Assembly: GCA_010909165.1 (NCBI GenBank)
Contig: VJWM01000305.1
Location: forward strand, 33,411-97,410
Source: Anthoceros angustus
Taxonomy: Eukaryota > Plantae > Anthocerotophyta
Direction of reading: 5' to 3'
DNA: 64,000 bases
The position numbers and the translations under genes are program-made. Shown piece after piece: positions 12,341-25,303 of the stretch; position 1 is the stretch's first letter, and every line of letters starts with the position of its first letter. The notes beneath the pieces are model-generated. The model searched no databases. It had not been told where the DNA came from and saw nothing but the letters and a program-made list of their open reading frames with translations.

Positions 12341-12699
12341 GCGAGTGGGAATCCCACAGAGCAAGCAAGGGAAGAAGGCAAGAAGCGGCCGAGAAGGCCG
12401 AATGGTGGTCTATGAGAGAAGGACCATGTGAGGGTGATGACAGAGTGGGGAGTCCCCACCATCTCCTTTGTGCCTACGAGAGGCACTGCACTACCCCGTA
12501 GGGAGGCGCCACCTGGGGGCCTATCAGGTAGGCGCCACCACCATGGTAGGCTTGGTCATGGTAGGCTTGGTCATGGTAGGAGTTTCTCCTACCATGGTAG
12601 GTAGGCACCCCACCGCCAGCAAAGCCACCAAGGGTGGAAGGGAAGGAGCCACCAAAGGCTCTTCCTCGAGGAGGAAAGGAAAAGAAGGTGGAGCTGCCA

Positions 12700-13450
12700 G
12701 GAGGGGTGAGGTCGAGATGCCTCAATTCACTTGCTTTCTTGCGCTCAACCCCGAGATTTGGTTGATTTCGGTGGGCGAGGAGGAGAACATCCAATTGGGG
12801 TGGGTGTATGGCCAATGGGCCTACACCAATTTGGAATTGATTGAGGAGTGTTACATCAACCTCCATCAATCGGAAGCGCCTGCCGCTAGGAGGAATGCTA
12901 GATGATCCGGGCCGTAAGTATTCAGTGTATGGAAGACCGGAGGAGGAGAGCTCGGAATTGCTCTCCTCGAAAGGTCGAATGGAGGAAGAGGACATCCCTC
13001 TCGACATCCCGCAGAGTTCCTTGACATGATGGATGGAGGAGTGAAAGACGCCAAGAATGGGTGGAAGACCGAGAGCATCAAGGAGTCAAGTGGAGGCTCT
13101 TCGCAAAGATTGTGCTGGGGTTGGTAAATTACCACTTCTTATTTCAGACCAACTTCCTCCAATTTTGTGGAAGATTTCCATGGGAGCCAAGCCGGATTGG
13201 GGACTATCATGTATGAGCGTACATCCACCATCGAGAGAAGCTCCTCAAGCCAAATTCGTGGATGAGGAAGGGCCAAGGCCATCTTAGCACCTATTTGGTG
13301 CATTTATGGGAAACCGAGGGACTCCACAAGCAAGGAGCTTGAAGATGCATGGCATCCCTTTGAGGTCATCCATCTCCAGGTTGGAAAGGCCTTTGCCTTT
13401 GCATTGCGAAAAGGCGGTGGGAGGTCGACCTCCACAAAATGCTAGAAGCA
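12700..13450 (+). pseudogene. ORF X copy 3 (frameshifted)
   Basis: Direct repeat of about 11550-12330 with the same motifs. Confidence 0.65.
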
Positions 13451-13454
13451 AGAG

Positions 13455-15050
13455 GAGAAGGTTGAGGCAACAAGTTGCGGAGTGGGAATCCTTTTCCCCA
13501 CAAGCAAGGGAAGAAGGCAAGGCGGAGAAGGCCGATGGTGGTCTATGAGAGAAGGACCACGGGGTGTGAGTGGGGAGTCCCCACCATCTCCTTTGTGCCT
13601 CAGAGAGGCACCCCGACACTACCCGGTGAGGGCGGTCTACCCAAGGGGTGGGCCCTACCGTGGTAGGCGTCGACCTACCATGGTAGGAGTTTCTCCTACC
13701 ATGGTAGGAGTTTCTCCTACGGTGGCGGGCACCCCACGCCAGCAAGCAGCCCTGTGGCGGGGAAGGGAAGAAGAGCGGGTGCGCTGCGCCACTCCATCTC
13801 CGCGCTGGTGGGAGGCGGATGGAGCGACGGTGAAGGGACCACCGGCTGGCCCGAGAGGTGCGGAGAGCTGGAAATTTCCAAGAAGAAGAAAGAGGGGTGG
13901 AATTAGGACCCCTAGGAGAATTGCTGGTGCTTGTGAAGCACTCACCGTGTGGATTTGAAGGGGCTAGGGAAGCAGCCTCCTTGTGGGCATGCCAAGAGGA
14001 AGTGAAATCTCAAGACATGGCCGGAAGGAAAGGTGGACCAAATGGCAATTGGAGGCCATGGAGTCCGATGAAAAGGCAGCCAAATTGGAAAAGGTGGAGA
14101 AGCTCCAGCGACCTCATAGAACAACGCGAGAAAGCCCCGGAGGAAGTTGTCACAAGTCAAGAAAGAGCCATTCGCAACAACCCAAAAGGATTCTTGGAGG
14201 CAAAAGGCGGAAGAGCATTTTGCCCAATTAGCAAGAGGAAGGGCAAGAGGCACTAGGAAGGAGAAGGTTGAGGCAACAAGTTGCGGAGTGGGAATCTTTC
14301 CCCAGCAAGCAAGGGAAGAAGGCAAGGCGGAGAAGGCCGATGGTGGTCTATGAGAGAAGGACCACGGGGTGTGAGTGGGGAGTCCCCACCATCTCCTTTG
14401 TGCCTCAGAGAGGCACCCCGACACTACCCGGTGAGGCGGTCTACCCAAGGGTGGGCCCTACCGTGGTAGGCGTCGACCTACCATGGTAGGACATCCTCCT
14501 ACCATGGTAGGAGTTTCTCCTACGGTGGCGGGCACCCACGCCAGCAAGCAGCCCTGTGGCGGGGAAGGGAAGAAGAGCGGGTGCGCTGCGCCACTCCATC
14601 TCCGCGCTGGTGGGAGGCGGATGGAGCGACGGTGAAGGGACCACCGGCTGGCCCGAGAGGTGCGGAGAGCTGGAAATTTCCAGCAAAAGAAGGAGGGGTG
14701 GAATTAGGACCCCTAGGAGAATTCTGGGTGCTTGTGAAGCACTCTGGTGGATTTGAAGGCTAGGGGCGCCTCCTTGTGGGCATGCCAAGAGGAAGTGAAA
14801 TCTCAAGACATGGCCGGAAAGGCAGGACTAAGTGGCAATTGGAGGCCATGGAGTCCGATGAAAAGGCAGCCAAAAAGGCGTGAGAAGCTCCAGCGACCTC
14901 ATAGAACAGCGCCGGAGAAGCCCGGAGGAAGTTGTCTCAAGAAAGAGCCATTCGCAACCAACCCAAAAGTTCTTGGAGGCAAAAGGCGGAAGAGCATTTT
15001 GCCCAAGAGAAAAGAGAGGAAAGCAAGGCGAGGCACTAGGAAGGAGAAGC
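13455..15050 (+). repeat. Tandem duplication, period about 806 bp (palindrome block plus coiled coil)
   Basis: ggagaaggttgaggcaacaagttgcggagtggg at 13455 and 14261, with colinear continuation. Confidence 0.85.
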
Positions 15051-15749
15051 AGCAACTCGGCAAGTGGCCGCACATGAGCAGTGATGGCTACTCAAGCTAT
15101 CAAAATCCGGATATGGGAGAGGAGTTGAGAAGGACCGGTACAATTTGGAAGAGGAGCGGAGCGAGAAGCACAAGACGTGAGCGGAGCAAAAGATGCTTGG
15201 CAAGCGGAGAAAGAGGGGCTTGCCCAATTAGGACTGGAACAAAGGAGGTCTCGAGGAGGAGCCACAAGAAGGTGGTGCAGAATCTTGGTAGTGAGGAAGC
15301 GATTTTTGGCATTATGCCCTTCGTGCAAAAATTGGCCAGCCAAAGGAAGTGAGGGAGGAGAATGTAACCCTCCATGTGAAGGTGGGAGAATTAACCACCG
15401 CAAGAGATGCCTACAAGGTAGGTGTGAGGATGGAGAGTGGCCCACTGAGATTGATGATCTCCAAATGCAATACAACTTGGGGCTCACCTCCACAACAGAT
15501 CTTGAAGGCCAACAAGTCTTACGGTTGGCCAAGAGGAGGACATTGGGTCCTCATGATGATGAGAAGGAGCGCAACAAGTGCGGCCGAGGCCTCCGATTTT
15601 GATGAGGCCATCACGAAATGGACTCAGGAATCGAGGAGTCGAGGTGAAGGAGCCACCGCCGTGGAGGGAGACGGCGAGAGCAAGGAGGGGACCCACCGCC
15701 TGGGGTCACCCACGGGTGACCACCCTACCATGGTAGGACATCCTCCTAC

Positions 15750-17597
15750 CGTGGGGACCAGACACGCCGTAGTCCGCTGACACCGGAGAGGTGCAGGGGC
15801 ACGGCACTGTTGGGGAGTTGGCCAGGCCCAATCAAGATGAAGGAGCCGGGGTGAGTATACCCCCGAGGAGCAGCTGGGGTGGTGGGAGACAACCCCACCG
15901 GAGGAAACTAAGGACGGGTCCCACCCGGAGGAAGGAAGGGTGAGAATCCCTTATCCACGAGTAAGGGAGGAAGGACCCGAGGAGGAGTCCAACGCAAAAG
16001 GCCCGAGAGTTAGGGATCCGCATGGTGGGCGGATGGGGATGAAGGGTGCTCTATGATAGGTATGGACAAACCAAACAAGGCAAGAGCAATGAAGATCCCG
16101 ACCCAAGAAACCCTCAGAAGAGGAAAGAAGGAAGTAAGGGAGCTAGGGGCGGACTACCACGATGGGTCACCACCCGAGTCCGCCGACACGTAGGGTGCGA
16201 TAAACGGATCGCGACCAGGCGGCGGAGATGGAAGGCGCCTAGGTGCGCGAGGAAGCGATTGCCGGAGGCCGAGGAACAGACGCCGCCCGCGAGATGGAGG
16301 AAGGGCAAGATTGTACTTGCCCCACACATTAGGAAGCGGACAAAGGCTGGGAAGGGCAAGAGCAAAGGAGGGCGAGGGAGCCAATCCACCAAGGACACGT
16401 CCCACCCCAAAAGGGTGAAGACTAGATATGGTCAAGGGCCATAAATGCTAGGTAGAAGAATAGGAAGGATAGGTGATGTAATCGACATCCTTCGAGGATA
16501 GACTTAGGTGAAGTTGCTAGAATAGAATTTACCAAGAAAGATAATAGACTTAGGTGCGGACATTAAATCTTGGCGGTAGGAAATAATAGAATTGGAAAAG
16601 GTGACCGCAGAGGGTCACCCAAGGGAGGTTGTATGTGGAAGGCCTCCTATAAGAGGAGGAGGATTTCACAAAGTAAAGTATCATGTCTTGCGCTTCCACG
16701 CTCATCGAGTCCTTTGCCATTCTGAGGAATTTCGGGCCGTGGAGCCAACATGAGAGAGGAAGTCGCGGTGGTGAGTGTTTGGTGGAGGACTTGCTCACGC
16801 AAGTGCCTAAACGAGTTGCTCCCTTGTGAATGGTTGCCGTGAAATTGCTTTGCTTTGGGTGTGTGGCAAATGTGAGAACTCGGCTTGAGGGTAGACTACA
16901 GGAAAGACTCCTGGAGGTTCTCGTCCGGTGTCAAACTCATAGCAACCGCCCAAGGAAGAACTTGCGGTGGAGGCGACCCTGTGCCAGCCGTAAGGGCGAG
17001 TCGAAACCAAGAAGCCCGAATCGAGGTTAGACTAGGAGGAAGAGGATGAGAAGATGAGTAGATTAGAGGTGTAGGTGTTAGTGGAAGGCCACAGGCGAGC
17101 CTAAGGGACGAATCCCAAATCTGCAAGTAAAAGAGCGCCCCGAGTGGAGAAGTTTGGTCTTAGAAGTAGGGACGAAATCGCGGTGTGAACCGGGGGTCCA
17201 CAGGCGCCGTGGTAGGCTCACCGAGGTGACTCGCAATTGTTTTGTGTCGTTGTAGGTCGAGTTTGGTCTTAGAAGTAGGGACGAAATCGCGGTGTGAACC
17301 GGGGGTCCACAGGCGCCCGTGGTAGGCTCCTTGTCACGAGGCGTGACCCGCAATTGTTTTGTGTCGTTGTGGGTCGAGGTTGGCGATTTTTCAAGCAAAG
17401 GCAAGTGGTGCACCGTGAGAGGGAGAGTAGTGGGCGCCTTGCTTGTTGAAGGCGAGAAGTGTGCAGAAGCGATTGGTGACCACAAGGCCTCGAACTTTCA
17501 CACAAGTCTCATGGGACGAAACCCAACGACGGGCGACAAAGGATAAGTGTGGCCGCTTATAGTGGGAGGACCCTGAGTGCCCCTGATTCTCCTACCA
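15750..17597 (+). repeat. Long LTR-like block of the Gypsy family (5' boundary approximate)
   Basis: Homologous to about 27631-29380 (minus), which ends in ...CCCTAACCACA; TATA-like cctataagagg near 16645; internal 109-bp duplication at 17152-17378. Confidence 0.65.
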
Positions 17598-17879
17598 TGC
17601 ACTCCGAGGAGTCCGAGGAGACAGGAGACTTAAGGAGAAGCCGCGACGCTAAGGAGGAAAGATGGCGTGAGAGTAAGGAGGGGGACAGTGCCTCACCACA
17701 GGGGTCACCCCACTGTAGGTGATGCCCACCACGGTAGTATCACCGTGGTAGACAAATTACCCACGCCGGTAGTCTCATCGGGGTAGGCAAGCACTGAGCT
17801 GGGGCTTGCTGGGATCTGTGTCATGGAGGCCTGGGCCGTGAAGGAAGGAGCTGGGAGGCCTAATGACACACCCCCTGCA

Positions 17880-18720
17880 GGAATAGAAGAGGAGGTGGGG
17901 GAAACAAACAACTCTCTTATGAAGAATAACACTTAGGAACTTGTTGATCTTCCACTTTGCAGGAAACCGATAAGCTGCAAGTGGGTCTTCTTTGAAGACT
18001 AAGCTCAAGTTAGATGGAATTGTTGCTAGATATAAATCACACTTGGTTGCTAGGGGGTTTAGTCAAATACCTAGTATTGATTATGGCGACACCTTCTCAC
18101 CAGTTGTGAAAGCCCCATCCTGTCCGTATGTTGCTGGCCATGGCTGTAGAGTACGACCTTGAAGTCCAACAAATGGATGTGTCGACATCTTTCCTGCATG
18201 GGGAGTTAGAACAAGTTTTATACATGCAGCAACCAGAAGGCTTCATCAACAAAAAACGGGCTAAGAAAGTCTGCCAGTTACTCAAGACCATCTACGGCTT
18301 GAAACAAAGTCCGAGAGCGTGGTACCAACAAATTGTGAAAGTATGTGAAGAAGCTAGGCTTTCTACAATCCCCAACAAATAGCAATGTCTTTTACCTTTC
18401 ACAGTGTGGCCTCTTTGTTGTTTTGGTATTATATGTGGATGATTGCGTCCTTCTTGGTAATAACACTCCACAATTAGAGAAGGTGAAGACTATGCTTTGT
18501 GCTGAGTTTGAGATGACTGATCAAGAGGATCTACAATTCTGTCTGGGCATCCAGATCTTTGCATCACAGGGTTGCAGGTCAAATTATCCTTCATCAAACT
18601 AAGTACGTCAAAGAAATTCTTAAACATTTTTATATGGACGAGGCCAGCCTTGTTACAACGCCCTCTGCAGTGGGGGAAAAGCTCAGTGTTCTTCTTCCTC
18701 TGGGGGTCAATCACTGCATT
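17880..18720 (+). mobile_element. Copia RT fragment (Copia-4), degenerate
   Basis: LVARGFSQIPSIDYGDTFSPV, QMDVSTSFLHG, IYGLKQSPRAWY and LYVDDCV motifs. Confidence 0.85.
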
Positions 18721-18818
18721 CCCATCTTCCCGACCTGCCCGCCCATACACCGCCTTAAGAGTCCTAGGGTCCCGCTTTTGCCTCCGCATGTCACCCTCCT
18801 GCAACTTGGCCTTCAATT

Positions 18819-21800
18819 TGAAGATTTTATGTGAATTGAATTAATAAAACACAATTACATTATTGATAGAATTGAAAGATCAAATAAAGAGTAACTTGCT
18901 TATGCTTAAAACAACCTAATTAAGATACCAAGTGTTACGTCTACTCGTAAGAGTCACAACCCTACCGAAAGGGTACTAGGTGACTAGACCTAGTTTACAC
19001 ATAGGTTAACTAAACTAAGGTAACATAACCCTAGCATGAGTCAACACATAAACAATAATTATTCTTTCACTCCCACTTGTTGATCATGACTTGTACAGTC
19101 TTCTTTTTCGCGTGGGTTCCTTGTGTTGTCCCTTGACGGTCTGTTTGTCTGGCGGCAGATTGGTTACGCCCTAGTTGCTGCACGCGGAGTACCATAGACC
19201 GAGCCACGCCCACCTCCTTGGCGAATAAAAGCATGGAGACACCCGGTGTGAAGTGGTCTCGCAGAAGGTGCGCACTCAACAATAGCATACGCCCGTGCTT
19301 GAGTGTAGTTCTCATTATCCCGTGGCTAAGGAGTGCGAGAAGGAGCATCATGTCTTCGCCTCGCATCCGAGACTCCGGCCCAAGCGTAGAAATCAGCCTA
19401 GGGACCGCATGGGCGGGTTTACCACAACTAGAACTGCTGTTCCTCACGATGTGAGCACTCCACCGTAGGGTACCAGGCAATCGCCTCGTGGAAGGCCGCG
19501 AGGCACGACCAAGGAGGTCCTAGCAAGGCGAGCCACGCCAGACAAGTGAGCCCATGGCCTCGCAGCGCGCCTCATCCGCACTCCAAAGCGACAAGAGTAA
19601 AGGCCCATGTCATAATCCCGATTTTGGCTTTTCCGAGAATGAGACTAACCCTCGTGAAGAGCCTAGCTTTCCTAAGCTGCAGACTGTTCAAGGAGACAGA
19701 TCGCTCTTATGGCTCCATCAAGCATCCGCGCAGCCCTCCGTGGTATGTGGTTTATGTGGGCGCACAAAGCCGTGATGAGACGTGTCAAGGTCGAAATGGC
19801 TGGCTTACCCATTTCATGTGGTCAAGACTTATAGTAAGATCCCGCTTCAATACTCGTTGCAATCTTTTATTGTGCATGTGAGATGCTACACTAAGCTCCC
19901 ACCGTCTGTGGTGATCCAACATACACCTGGAAGAAGAATCGAGCCTCCAATCAAGAGATTTCGTGCCGTGCAAGGAGAGTGGAGGAAAACCACCGCCTAT
20001 AGCAGCCCCGATCCTTCAAGATGAGGAGGAGAGTCACCAGGCCCTGGAGAATCGAGTCCGATGGGGATTCCTATTCTTTGAAGTCTCGTGATGAGACAAA
20101 CTTCAACGACTACACCGACGACGAATGCTCTTCTTCTCGGCCAGCTAGAATGCTGCCGAATGACTTGACTTTATGCACTACTACCTAGGGACTCGAGGAG
20201 TCACCTAGGCCTAAAAACTTTACATGCTTCTCATGTAGATCCCAGAGCCTTTGTGAAAATGTCACCGGGTTTTCTTGTGTTGCTATGTATTCCGAGATAT
20301 TGTGCTTGCAGCTAGTAGCTCTCTAATCCAAAGGTATTCCACGCCACATGCTTTGTCCCGAGTGGAAGACGGATTTTCAGCTAAATTGACCCTTGGTTGT
20401 CGGTTCGATTTTGTGCAAGCAACTCAATGCCAAGCTCAAAATGCAGCTTTAGCCAAATAACCTCCTTCACGAGTAAGTACTCTATATTCCGCCTGTGCTT
20501 GAGAGTGCAATTGGTTGCTTTTGCTTGACCAACAAATAGGTCCTCCAAAGATAGCTCACCACATAACCTCGAAACCGACCTCCTCGTATCTATGTCACCG
20601 CATAATCGAATCGGTGTATACGAGGTCGCCACACCATCTTTGTGAGTATACACAATACCCTTTTGGTGTGCCTTTCGACACGGAAAAACCTCTTAACACA
20701 AGTCCAATGTGTCCGCCTGTGGTTTTAGAATCGGGATGAGCACTTGTCGAGTACGCCACTGGGTCGTGTTGTGTTGGCAGCATATATGAGTTTGCCCACA
20801 CCTTGCCTATGGCACATTTCTCATATCGTCCTTCCTGACCGTGTAATCGACATATCTTTGCTCAACTTGAGACCACTTGGAAGAGGTGTTGCAGGTTTGG
20901 CATCTTTGAGTCCTAATCGCCTGCACTTTCCAAGAGATATCTGAGTCATGGTAAGGATCCTTTTTTCCTATACCGAATGTGTATTCCTAAGCAACTTTGC
21001 AAAGGTCCAAGGTCCGACATCTTGAATTTTTGTGCCAGATTCGTGATCGAGAGATAAAGTCCAGTGTTGCTTGCAAGGATGAGGTCATCGACATAAACTA
21101 AGTAACAGATTACATCATTCTTGATGTATACGTATAAGTCACCTTACTTTTGTAAAACCTAGAGCTCGCAACTCCTTGTCCAAAGGCAAGATTCCATTTC
21201 ATTGATCGCTTAAGTCCATAGAGGCACTTAATTAGTTTGCAAGCATAATCCTCCTTGCCGTTAACCTCATAACTGTGGTCTGCATGTAGATCTCGTATCA
21301 AGGATTCCATGCAAGAAAGCCTTCACATCAAACATCCTGAGCTCGTAGTCCTTGTCCAGCAATCGCACACATGGTCCGAAAAGTAGCAAGCTTGACGGGG
21401 AGCAAAGGTTTCGAGGTAATCTAAACCGGAATTTGTGTGAAACCTCTAGCAACTAATCCGCCTTGTATCTATCAAACGATCCATCCGCCTTGACCTTCAA
21501 TTTAAAGACCCATTTACATGACACGCTTTGGGCAACTTTGCTAGTTCCCAAGTTCCATTCTCGATAAGAGAATCATATTCGATCGGATTGCCTTTCTCCA
21601 TTCCTTGTGATCGCACCGAGAGCTTCCTCATAAGACGTGGCTCTATGGGATCTAATCGTGGCGGCATAAGCCTTCACATGAGAAGAGGTAATCAAGTCGG
21701 TGCATGATAGTAGTCGAGGTCGACGCTCACGTGTAGGGTAACGTCGAGTAGCTCGCTCGTGGCAGAAGTACATCATTAACTTCCTCTAATTCCTCGTCAA

Positions 21801-24800
21801 GAGCATCCCGATCAAGATCATTGCATCATCGATCGCTATCCCGGTTGAGGAATGTGATCCTCAGTAGATCCGGGCAAGTTGAATGTCAGTTGTTGTTCTC
21901 CTAACACTGATTGCCCCTCCTGCAGGAGCATGTTCCTCAACAGTGGATGAGTGCCATGATCCGTCAGTCATAGTGAGAGAGTTCAAAGGTTTCCTCACTC
22001 TTCGTGGGTGGGAACATGTGTGTGCTCCCACCGACGCCCAAGTGTTTCATCAAATGTAACACTCAGCATAGATGACTCTATTGTGGGGACATCATATAGC
22101 TTGTAAGCTTTAATCCCCTCAGATACCCCAAAGACATAAGCATGACTTATCCGATGACTTATCTGCTTCGCATATGCGAGATGACCAAGGTCCTCAAGTG
22201 TTGAATAGAGGGCTTCGCCCGTAAAAGCCTCATAAGGAGTTTTGCCTTCAACCCAGCAGGGTAACCTGCTGAAAAGTTGAAGTCATCAAAGCCTCACCCA
22301 AGAGGGTAGTGGCAAATGAGCATCATGTAACAATGAGGAGACCATCTCCGCAATGTGAGGTTCAAGCGCCGCCACTCCATTCTGTGGAGTGTATACGACG
22401 GTGAGTTGGCGTCCAATGCCTTCTTCTTCTAATCTGGAATTCATTAGATGTAAATTCCCGCCATTATCGGATCTCGTGTCTTGAGTCGTTTTCTGTCCAA
22501 CGCTGAATTTGATGTATTCCTTGAAGTAGGAGAAACATTCGCTTTGTTCTTCGAGGATATAGGTGGTGACAACCGCTCTTGTCATCTCAGAACGTTAGAA
22601 AATAACGTCCACCTCCTATGGACGCTTGAGATAAGGGTCCACATAGGTCGATGTACAAGCTCAAGGAGATCATCAGACGATGAGGTGCTTTGTTCTTGAA
22701 GGCAGCTTGGTGTTTCTTCGACAACACACAAGCCTCACATAAAGGTATGGCTCAAAGGGCCAATAGGTCCATCTTGATACAGTCACTCACACCCAATTTT
22801 GCAGCTTTGCCATGTGAGGGTGACCCAAGCGTGCATGCCACAACTTAGACTTTCTTTGTTGTGCGATGCAAGGGAGACATCTTGTGTCGTGGGACTCGCT
22901 ACTCCATCAAATGGAGACGGAATGATCGTGGTCCAAGACCCATGTGCAAGGACCTTTCTAGGGTCAATAGCATCTATGATTCTACAATCCCTAGTGAAAA
23001 CAACGGATATTGTTATCTCGCATTCAATCTTCCGATAAATAAGGTTTCTAGTCATTTCGCACATAGTAGACTTCTAACAACATGAGTGTGATCCTCAGAG
23101 GAACTAGCAACTCAAGCACCACTGTGAGACTAGAGACCTGTCGTCCCCAAGGTAAACATACTGATCTGGAACAGACCTATATGTTTTGAATGCATTTCTA
23201 TCAAAGCATATGTGTGTAGTAGCACCCGTATCTAAATACCATTCATCTATTGGTTTCAGATTAGCTTTGGCAGAAAGGCAAGTGCGAAGCAGCAATGGAC
23301 TAGCAAACTCCCTAGTCCCAACTGTAAGAGCTGATGGGGTATTAGCCTTCTTTACCACAACATTGGGCTGGTGCCCTCCTCATAGGAATTCCACTTGCTT
23401 TTGCGACACTCTTTTCCCAATGTCCAGCACGTGTGCACGGCTTTTAGTCTTCTTCCCGAGATGAGGATCCTGAGCTACCTCCCTTGGAAGGATTTCCACC
23501 ACCTCCTTTGGAGAAGGATTTCTTGCCTCCTCGCCCTTGATTTGAGGTGTCGGCTGTTGTTTCCCTTTCTTGTGATTAGTTCGCTTGCCTCTTCTTGCAG
23601 CATGGAACTCACAAGTTGTGAGAATGACATCTCGGGCATCTCTATGCCTTGCTTCTAGCGCAGTAGCTTGTGTCTCGAGCAGGTGGGAGGTCACAGTGTG
23701 ACCAAGACTCGGAAGCGAAAGAAGGAGCCTCATCACCATCTCATCATCCTTGATGGCAACTTTAGAGGCACCACAGGCCGGGAGGCTAGGGTCCTAAAGG
23801 TACTCACGTGCTTCTCCGAGTCCCCATCCTTCATTCTCAAGTTCGAAATTTCTTAAAGTCATTGCACCGACCATGTTCGCTGCGTAGAGTTCCTTTAGAC
23901 GATTCATGATTTCGGCTGAAGTTTCCACCCTCATGCTCGCCTCAACATTTCGGTTGTCGCCACGAATGAGGTACTTGGCTCCGCTATCCTTAGCTAACCA
24001 TTCTTCTTCTCCAAGATCCTCGTCGGTTTCACTACCTTTCCGGTTGCATGTTTCAGGAGCCCTCATTTCGAGGACGCCCTCCATCCGGATCGCCATATGT
24101 CAAAGTCATTGCCATTGAACCGATCCTTCTCCTTGAAGGATTCATTACCTCCATAGTTTGGAGTTGAGGTGCGTTGCCATATTTATGGCTTGTTGTTCGA
24201 CCTCGTTCAAATTCAGTATTGAATATATCCCCAAAACCGTCTGACGGACACCGCTCATAACGCTTGTTGATTCGCGCGTGTTTTGATCCCGGATCCTCCT
24301 CGTAGCTGCAATTTTGGAGCTCCTCATCTCGAACCTATTGTAGGCATACGTGGAGCAAGATGGACACGAGTTAAGTGAGCTAAAGCTTCGCTCACGATTT
24401 GTCTTACTGCGTGTTTACAGCCGTGTTTCGAACATTGGATTTTTGAGCATCTCGGGCTTCATAAAGATAACCAGTAGTCCAAGTGTGCAACTTGCTCCTT
24501 CGATCCTGTAAGTCAACGCTTCGTAGACAAGTGTCCATTAATTTGTGTGCGTCATCACTATCCTGTTATTTGCTTCGATGCGATTAATTATTGTGCGACA
24601 CTGTGTTTGTGGCGAGTTGTGATGAAACCACGGGCTGCCTGCTTCCATCAAAAGCTCTTTGTACACGCACCAAATTTAGTGGATTTCTTGGAGGAAGAGT
24701 AAACACGATCGCTCTTGAGGATAGAGAAATTCCACAATAGTATTAAATCGTCTCTCGGATCAGCAATTTGCATAGGTCTATTTTGGTTTTGTTGGCTCCA

Positions 24801-25303
24801 TTGTAGGATGCCAGAATGTAATTGAGAAGCAATTGTGTGCCCATCAGCAATTCTTGACCTATTTTGCCTAGGATGATTCTGAGTAGCAGGGTGTTGCGGC
24901 CACTGTGCGCATCTAAATTGGCCATGTGCCGTAAAGGATTTGTGTTTTATAAGTGAAATTCGCATCTTATATTTCTTTTGTATTTTTCTATATATAATTT
25001 TGCCCATTGGGCAGTTTCTAGTGTATGTTCATTGCAATTGCTCAAGAGAGCAATTCAATGAATGCACGTTAGAATGGCTACCTAATGCAGCAAGAATTTG
25101 TATAGATGTTTAAAGAAAAACAACACAAAATTCATTTCTTGATGTTGCTTTAAAAGTTCTTTTTCAAGAACATGTTATTATTCAAAATAATAACAAAACA
25201 CATCTTTCTGCACATCTTCTAATGCAGAAAATTTGTGTGTGTGCATACTAGATGCATCTCCATCTATCCCTGCTCTGATACCATGAAGATTTTATGTGAA
25301 TTG
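18819..25303 (-). mobile_element. Degenerate Ty1/Copia element (Copia-5) with truncated 5' LTR
   Basis: 3' LTR 18819-19069 (TG...CA) with PPT CAAGTGGGAG; canonical Met PBS TGGTATCAGAGC at 25272-25283; only 20 bp of the 5' LTR remain (25284-25303); WYLDTGATTHIC, RSDNGG, YGLKRS motifs. Confidence 0.85.

Larger units (their letters stand above)
2556..17597 (+). mobile_element. Gypsy (Athila-like) 3' accessory region plus LTR, 'element A': tandem ORF X / coiled-coil cassettes, interrupted by Copia-1
   Basis: Repeated ORF X and coiled-coil blocks are homologous to 27631-33230 (inverted) and to the ORF lying directly 3' of a Gypsy pol at 37440-39500. The region ends in an LTR-like block. Confidence 0.7.
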
